Shown: positions 57,042-64,000 of the stretch, piece by piece | Numbering within the stretch: position 1 is the first letter of the stretch | Layout of the letters: every line of letters starts with the position of its first letter | DNA from: Octopus vulgaris | Taxonomy: Eukaryota | NCBI GenBank assembly: GCA_951406725.2 | Contig: OX597821.1 | Location: forward strand, 21,018,001-21,082,000 | Reading direction: 5' to 3' | DNA: 64,000 nucleotides | Made by a program: the position numbers and the translations under genes | Notes under the pieces: generated by a model | Told to the model about the DNA's origin: nothing | Seen by the model: only the letters and a program-made list of their open reading frames with translations | The model's database searches: none

Positions 57042-58542
57042 CATGCATACATACATATATACATACATACATATATAGAAAGGCACAGGGACAGAGAAAC
57101 CAATACACTGCCGTCAAAGTACACTACTATGAATTCTTTCGTTAATCGATCTAGCATAGCTTGATACAGGTTCAAATAAGCATGTACACACTGTACTTAA
57201 ATTATCCTTGAGCTCTGAGTATCGTAGAAAATATTATTGTTACGGTATATATGGCGACTGCCATAGTGCAGTACGTAATATTCCAAAAATTTCGATGCCT
57301 GCTATCAAGATTTTCAATTCTTGTAGTAACATTATATATTTTAATTCATGTTTCTAATGGTATGCAGCTAATGGATGCCTGCTGCAACCTACCAAGTGTT
57401 TCTTGTACTTTAATTAAGAATCCATAATAATTATGACATTGATTTTAACTTAGAATCTTAATTGTTATGTTGCCTATTTTATTATTATTTTGGATTGGAA
57501 TTTAAGCATATATTCGAATATTCTATCGTGTAAGAGAAAGGCATGAGTATCACAAAAACTCATCCGTTCTAAGATATCTGTATTAAGTCTTGGGTGTTGT
57601 GTCTGGCCGAGAAATCAATACGTGTATATTGGATGCTATTAGATTGGAAAATTCCAGAGATATTTCCGAATCAATAATTGAAAACACTTTAAATAATTAA
57701 TTAATAATGCTGACAAAAACAAAAAAAAATCGCAAAAATTCAAACAAAAACAAAAGAGAAATGAAATAAAAATACGAAAACAAACAAAAATATATTAATT
57801 TTTAACGGGATGAGGAATGCTGGGAAATCTTTGGATTAGGAACTCGAAAACTTGGTTTTATAATTGCCAAATCGAAACTATATTCTGAAGAGGTAAAAAA
57901 AAGAAGAGAAGACTATTGATTTCTATTGATTAAACAAATGCAAGACTCCGTCTTTTGATGTAGGGACTGGATATAGTTGAGGATATACGAATCATTATCT
58001 GTTGAGTGCATAACGTTTATTGACCAGCGCCAGCGCGCAATGCTTAAATGGGCAAAATCTTCCCTGTTTTGATTCGAACTCAAGAGACGCGGTGGGCGGA
58101 AACTATGCAATCTAGAAAACTCTGCATGTGTTACTGTTGCCGCTACTACCATTTTAGCACAGCACCAAGAATACAGATAAAAACACACAAAAATATTGAT
58201 TTATTTGGTTTGAGTAGTTCGTTGTTTTGTTTTTTGTTTCAGTTTTCTGATTTCTTTGGCTATCAATAGACAATTCTTTTGACCCTGGTGTACTACAAGT
58301 ACTCACCTATCATAACTTATGCGAGCATTTTAACATAAGAGTGTCAGAATAACATAATGTCAGAAAGTGAATTGCCAAATCATAAACGAAATACTAGAAA
58401 CGTAATAAGTTAAAGACATTTTGCAGCAATGTACTTACATCGACACATTACACGCTGATCAGTTAGATACATCATTTCAATTAGGTGACTTAGTTTTCGA
58501 CACGTGTTTAGTATCACATTAGATTCAAACTAGAAACCATAC

Positions 58543-58960
58543 TTACTCTTTACTCTTTTACATGTTTCAGTCATTTGACTGCGGCCATGCTGGAGCACCG
58601 CGTTTAGTCGAGCAAATCGACTCCGGGACGTATTCTTTGTAATCCCAGTACTTATTCTATCGGTCTCTTTTGCCGAACCGTTAAGTGGCGGGGACGTAAA
58701 CACACCAGCATCTGTTGTCAAGCAATGCTAGGGGTACAAACACAGACACACAAACACATACACAAACACACACACATATATATATATACATATATAGGAA
58801 AGGCTTCTTTCAGTTTCCGTCTACCAAATCCACTCACAAGGCTTTGGTCGGCCCGGGGCTATAGCAGAAGACACTTGCCCAAGATGCCACACAGTGGGAC
58901 TGAACCCGGGACCATGTGGTTGGTTAGCAAGCTACTTACCACACAGCCACTCCTGCGCCT
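58543..58960 (-). mobile_element. SINE family A, full length
   Basis: Reverse complement of 61548-61968. Confidence 0.92.
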
Positions 58961-59069
58961 AAATTTTATAACATCGATGACCCCCTAGGCCACAGACGTA
59001 GTTCCCCAAACATCCTAATTTCATTGGGTAATTCGATATTTATTTCACTTATTTATCGTATTTCACTTA

Positions 59070-59445
59070 TCTCTATATAAAGCTGAATTTGTTGTGTATG
59101 GCAGGTTTGGTAGGCTTCAACTAACACTATCTACTCCGAAACCCAGCGGTGCAAGTTGACCAAAGTTGAGAATATGATAGAAGAAGGCTTGCTTATCCTC
59201 CCTTAGAAGAAAAGATTTAAATCGGACCATGTTGACACCAAAACTTTTTACATCAAAAGGGTGCTTTTCTTCAGTGAAAATCCCTACCTTTTACGATTTT
59301 TTGACTGTTGTGTCGCCATTTTTCAAGCAGAAAAATGTTCACTCAAAGAGAATAACAAGCTACATAATGCAAGATTTTTACTTTTCAAAAATTCCAATTC
59401 TAAAGGATCGAAACAAACCCGAGCAACGCCGGACGATACTGCTAG
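59070..59445 (+). mobile_element. Complete non-autonomous Helitron (~376 bp)
   Basis: A|TC 5' end, subterminal hairpin CCCGAGCAACGCCGG, CTAG|T 3' end; same 3' terminus as 54912-54944. Confidence 0.85.
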
Positions 59446-60761
59446 TTTATGGTATTTATGATATTTCTGTGATGAACGACAGATTCATTTATATTTATGG
59501 AGTATATTTCAGTAGTATGTCATGAAAATATGGCCAGTATTACCGAGCAAATGTGCGAAATGGATAAATATCTCAGGACGGATAAGTTAATAAATCCAGA
59601 AGGATTTAAACATAACTCCACGTTAGTTATGCCACAAGAAAAGATTAGAATTTCGTCTGAAACTTGAGCATGTGCTACCAGAATACTGAAAGAACAGTAA
59701 ATGCTTCATTAGCAGAGATAAATGCCAGCTCAATAAGGAGACCAACATATGTTATTCTTGGAGCAAATACGTACGTGTTTTTATAATATTTTTGTTTTTA
59801 CGTTAATCATTACAAAGGCCTTCGGATTGTGTTAGCTGGGCCGTATTTTGGATGGTTTAATGGTGTTTTAGGTGTGACTGAATACTTGGCGTGATTCTAC
59901 GTATAGTGTTGGGACTACCGTGATAATTATAAAGAACGGTTATAAATGCTGCACTTCCCATCATTAGGTGATGCTTCAGTTTGTGCCTACCGCTCGATTC
60001 ATTATCAAATCTCGCTGAATGTAGCAGGAACATCTCTCGGTATTTATTTCATTTGATACTAAAATGGATTTCCAATGAACTATTTATCACATTGAATTAG
60101 CGTATATGTTGCTGAATATTACACACACACACACACATACACACACACACACGTACAGCGACACACACACATACTTTTAATAATGTACTTCTCACACAGT
60201 ATAAGCGTAACATTGTGTTTCAAGATGGGTATTGAAATTAAAAGTACAAACCACTCGATGGGTTTCAATACAATCCCGTCAATCAAGTTTTACTCACAAT
60301 CTATAGGCCGATGTGAGGCATTAGAAAATGTTACCCAGGAAGACACGCAGCGGAATAGAAAGCATAATAATGAATGAGTTTGTGAGGCATACGGCTAAAT
60401 CTGGATGCACGTTCATATCACTAGCAGATATTTTATCACCATTTTAATGAGCGAATGCGGAAATATATAGCTTTCTAAGCGTAAGTATTGGCCTTCATAG
60501 ATTAACTGATGAGACATGCTGCTTCTCCGAAATGAGATGAACTTTATAATGAACTTCGGCTGAACTGGAATTTTGTAATCTCGATCTTAAAGGAAAAAAA
60601 GTATTCGGCGAGAATTGACCTCATAATGTAGAGTGCCGAAACAAATGCGATAAAATATTTTATTCGCTATCGCTATTTTAACAACTCTGCCAAACCTAAT
60701 GCGATATTTACAATAAATAATCCAATGACGAATAGCAGCAGCAAAAAGGCAGAACAAAAAC

Positions 60762-60945
<184 letters not shown>

Positions 60946-61503
60946 TAGACGGTATGTGTGTTAAAAATGGGGTATTGATTTTAATATTTCTATTTAAATA
61001 TAGGTTTCAGATGTGTTAGGGGTGGGGGAGATGAAATAATATTCAATAGGCAAAATACGAACAGCAATATATATAAATATATTTAAAACAATATGGCAAG
61101 AATGTATATAGGAGCAATAGGTGATTGATGGAGAGCCACAGTCATAATGAATGAAATGGTTAATCGATGATAGAGCAAACCTATTCAATATTGGATAGGA
61201 ATTCTTCATTACAGGTAGGACCATGATGTCGACATTGTCAGATATGTTTTTTGTTATGGACGCAAATTAACTTTCTACAGTATTTTCTGTTAATAAATTT
61301 ATGTTAGAAGTTTGTAGTTCAATAAACGAGAAAACACACCTTTGTGTATGCGTGTGTGTGTGTGTGTGTGCATGTATGTGTGTGCGTGCGTACGTGCGTC
61401 CATGTGTGTACTTATGTATACAGTATTTTTAACATTAAAAAAGTGTAAATGAAATATATACCCAAATATATATATATATATGTGTGTGTGTATGCTTGTA
61501 TGT

Positions 61504-61538
<35 letters not shown>

Positions 61539-61547
61539 TATATATAT

Positions 61548-61968
61548 AGGCGCAGGAGTGGCTGTGTGGTAAGTAGCTTGCTAACCAACCACATGGTTCT
61601 GGGTTCAGTCCCACTGCGTGGCATCTTGGGCAAATGTCTTCTGCTATAGCCTCGGGCCGACCAATGCCTTGTGAGTGGATTTGGTAGACGGAAACTGAAA
61701 GAAGCCTGTCGTATATATGTATATATATGTATATGTGTGTGTATATTTGTTTGTGTGTGTGTGTTTGTCCCCCTAGCATTGCTTGACAACCGATGCTGGT
61801 GTGTTTACGTCCCCGTCACTTAGCGGTTCGGCAAACGAGACCGATAGAATAAGTACTGGGATTATAAAGAATAAGTCCCGGGGTCGATTTGCTCGACTAA
61901 AGGTGGTGCTCCAGCATGGCCGCAGTCAAATGACTGAAACAAGTAAAAGAGAAAAGAGAAAAAGAGAA
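61548..61968 (+). mobile_element. SINE family A, full length
   Basis: All family A segments present. Confidence 0.92.
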
Positions 61969-61984
61969 TATATATATATATATA

Positions 61985-62300
61985 GGGTGAAGGCGCGTGG
62001 CTTAGTTGTCAGGGCATTCGGCTCACGAACGTAAGGTCACGAGTTCATAAGTTCAATTCAGCAAAACACTTTATTTCACGTTGTTCCAGTTTATTCGGGT
62101 AGCAAAAGTGCGTAGTACCTGTATTTCAAAGGGCCAGCATTCTCACACTCTGCGTCGCGCTGAATCTCTCTGAGAACTACGTTAAGGGTAAACGTGTTTC
62201 TGGAGTGCTCAGCCACTTGCAAATTAATTTCACGAACAAGCTGTTCCGTTGATCGTATCAGCTGGAACCCTCGTCGTCCGAACCGGCGGAATGCTCGCAC
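61985..62300 (+). mobile_element. SINE family C
   Basis: GGCGCGTGGCTTAGT.G head, GAGTTCAA B-box-like; body matches 41440-41716. Confidence 0.85.
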
Positions 62301-62317
62301 TATATATATATATATAT

Positions 62318-62393
<76 letters not shown>

Positions 62394-62839
62394 GTATGTG
62401 CCATAAACCTCCAACCTGCAACAAAGTTTTATCTTTAATTAATATAGAAAATTTGTGAGAATTTCAGTGTCTTTAAATTTGGCAGTTTCACTTTTTTTCT
62501 CTTTTTTCCAATTCAGAAACTGAATTTTTGGCTCATTCGTGTAATTATCCTCACAACTGTGTAGGTCGAACTTGAAAGTGTGTTCTAACACTAAACTCAA
62601 AAAAAACCTAAGAAGTATCCCCAAAATCGCTAAAGCGTACTGTAACCACAGACCGTATTTTACCTTTCATTGGGGTAATCTACTTTTGTATACCCAATGC
62701 AGCAGAAATTATTTGAAAAAAAATTCAGTAGATGAATTCCCACTGGTTGGAAATTCATCTGTTAGAACCGCTTTTCTAAAACTGTAAATTTTTTTTTTTT
62801 TTCTATTTTTCTGAATCGTAAATAAGACTTTTCAATAAC

Positions 62840-63125
62840 TGGCACTCCATCGGTTACGGCGACGTGGTGTCTAGTTTATCCGATCAATGTGCAAGTGGCT
62901 GAGCACTCTACAGACACGCATAAACTTAACGTAGTTTTCAGTGAGATCCGGCGTGATACAGAATGTGACGAGTCTTGACCTTTGAAAATCTAGGTACTAC
63001 TCAGTTTTGTCAATGAACTAGGACAACGTGAAGTAAAGTGTCTTGGCCAACGAGCCTCCAGGAATCGAACTCCCGACCTTACAATCGTAAGTCGAATAAC
63101 TTAACTACTAATCCAGGAACCTTCA
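62840..63125 (-). mobile_element. SINE family C, degenerate
   Basis: GCAAGTGGCTGAGCACTC, CTTAACGTAGTT.TCAG, GGAATCGAACTC. Confidence 0.8.
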
Positions 63126-63154
63126 TGATGTTCTTTTAATATATACTGTTTAGT

Positions 63155-63399
63155 GCAGGCAGCGAGCTGGCAGAAGCGTTAGCACGCCGGGAGAAATGCT
63201 TAGCGCTATTTTGTATGTCTTTCTGTTCTGAGTTCAAATTCCGCCGAGGTCGACTTTGTCTTTCATCCTTTCAGAGTCGATAGATTAAATACCATTTGCC
63301 TACTGGGGTTGATCTAATTGACTGGCCTCTTCCCCCAAAATTTCGGGCGTTGTGCCTAGAGTAGAGTAGAGTAGAGTAGGGTAGAGTAGAAAAGAAAAG
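63155..63399 (+). mobile_element. SINE family D variant with (GTAGA)n tail and 17-bp target-site duplication
   Basis: GGCAGCGAGCTGGCAGAA head, Meta-like segment; AATATATACTGTTTAGT at 63138-63154 and 63400-63416. Confidence 0.88.
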
Positions 63400-64000
63400 A
63401 ATATATACTGTTTAGTAGACATATATTAAATCTATATCGTGTAATATATGTATAAAGCTGTCGAGGATAACACGTCGTTTCGTAACTACATTGTTTCTCG
63501 ACATCCTCGCTATAAGCTTTTAGTTAACAAAAGCTAGTAAATACATTCCCGGAAGCTGGTATGCAAATATTAATGACCTGTACGGATGCAGTATATCGTT
63601 ATGCACACCTAATATAATACAAATTTTAGTAAACATTTTTATAAGTCAATACAGTGTTCTTCTGTGTTAGCAATGTTATTGTTAAGGTTAAACGTTTAAA
63701 ACGTTGAATATACTTAACAGTCAGTATATTATGGTTGCAGAAAGAAATACTGTGTCCCTACATGTCATTAATATTTAAAATAAGATGTCAGCGTTTCTTC
63801 GTTTCCAGGCGAAAAGCTGAAAGTGTTTTCCTACCGAATGGAATTATTAATGAGCGAAAAATAAAACAGTTGCCTGTAGAGTGTCAGCGTATTTCTATAA
63901 AATATGTAGTATGATGCTGTCATTTTTGAAGTTCGTTCGCCCAAGTATTTTAATTGATTTCCTAATTAGCACTAAGACAGGGAAGCTAAAACAAAAAAGG

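Noticed and set aside
60500-60545. CUGAUGA...GAAA on the plus strand
   Set aside because: No stem I or II pairing and no UH cleavage site

Overview
AT-rich, microsatellite-saturated eukaryotic DNA with no recognisable host protein-coding exon. The SINE families (a CORE-like SINE with an internal microsatellite, Meta-domain-like SINEs and tRNA-headed SINEs) resemble those I associate with octopus/coleoid genomes; this attribution is inference. Nearly all long ORFs in the track are translations of simple repeats. Real coding remnants are all transposon-derived: Tx1/L1-like ORF2 ends in (GATA)n, Tx1/L1-like ORF1 relics near (GAA)n, R4/Dong-like RLE ends in (TAA)n, a HERO-like RT and two mariner relics. 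Two Helitron-type ends, a DINE/HINE-like element and a 41-bp minisatellite are also present. The most striking signal is a set of about 15 hand-folded type I hammerhead ribozyme motifs (intact to degenerate) from many different sequence families. They sit in non-coding elements of 200-750 bp that mostly abut (TA)n tracts and are often built as divergent inverted repeats, like Penelope pLTRs or retrozymes. They include U3:A8 core covariants and versions with very long stem II. Two short inserts inside (TA)n tracts are copied from nearby unique sequence, one of them from two donors. All structures were paired by eye, and element boundaries are approximate.
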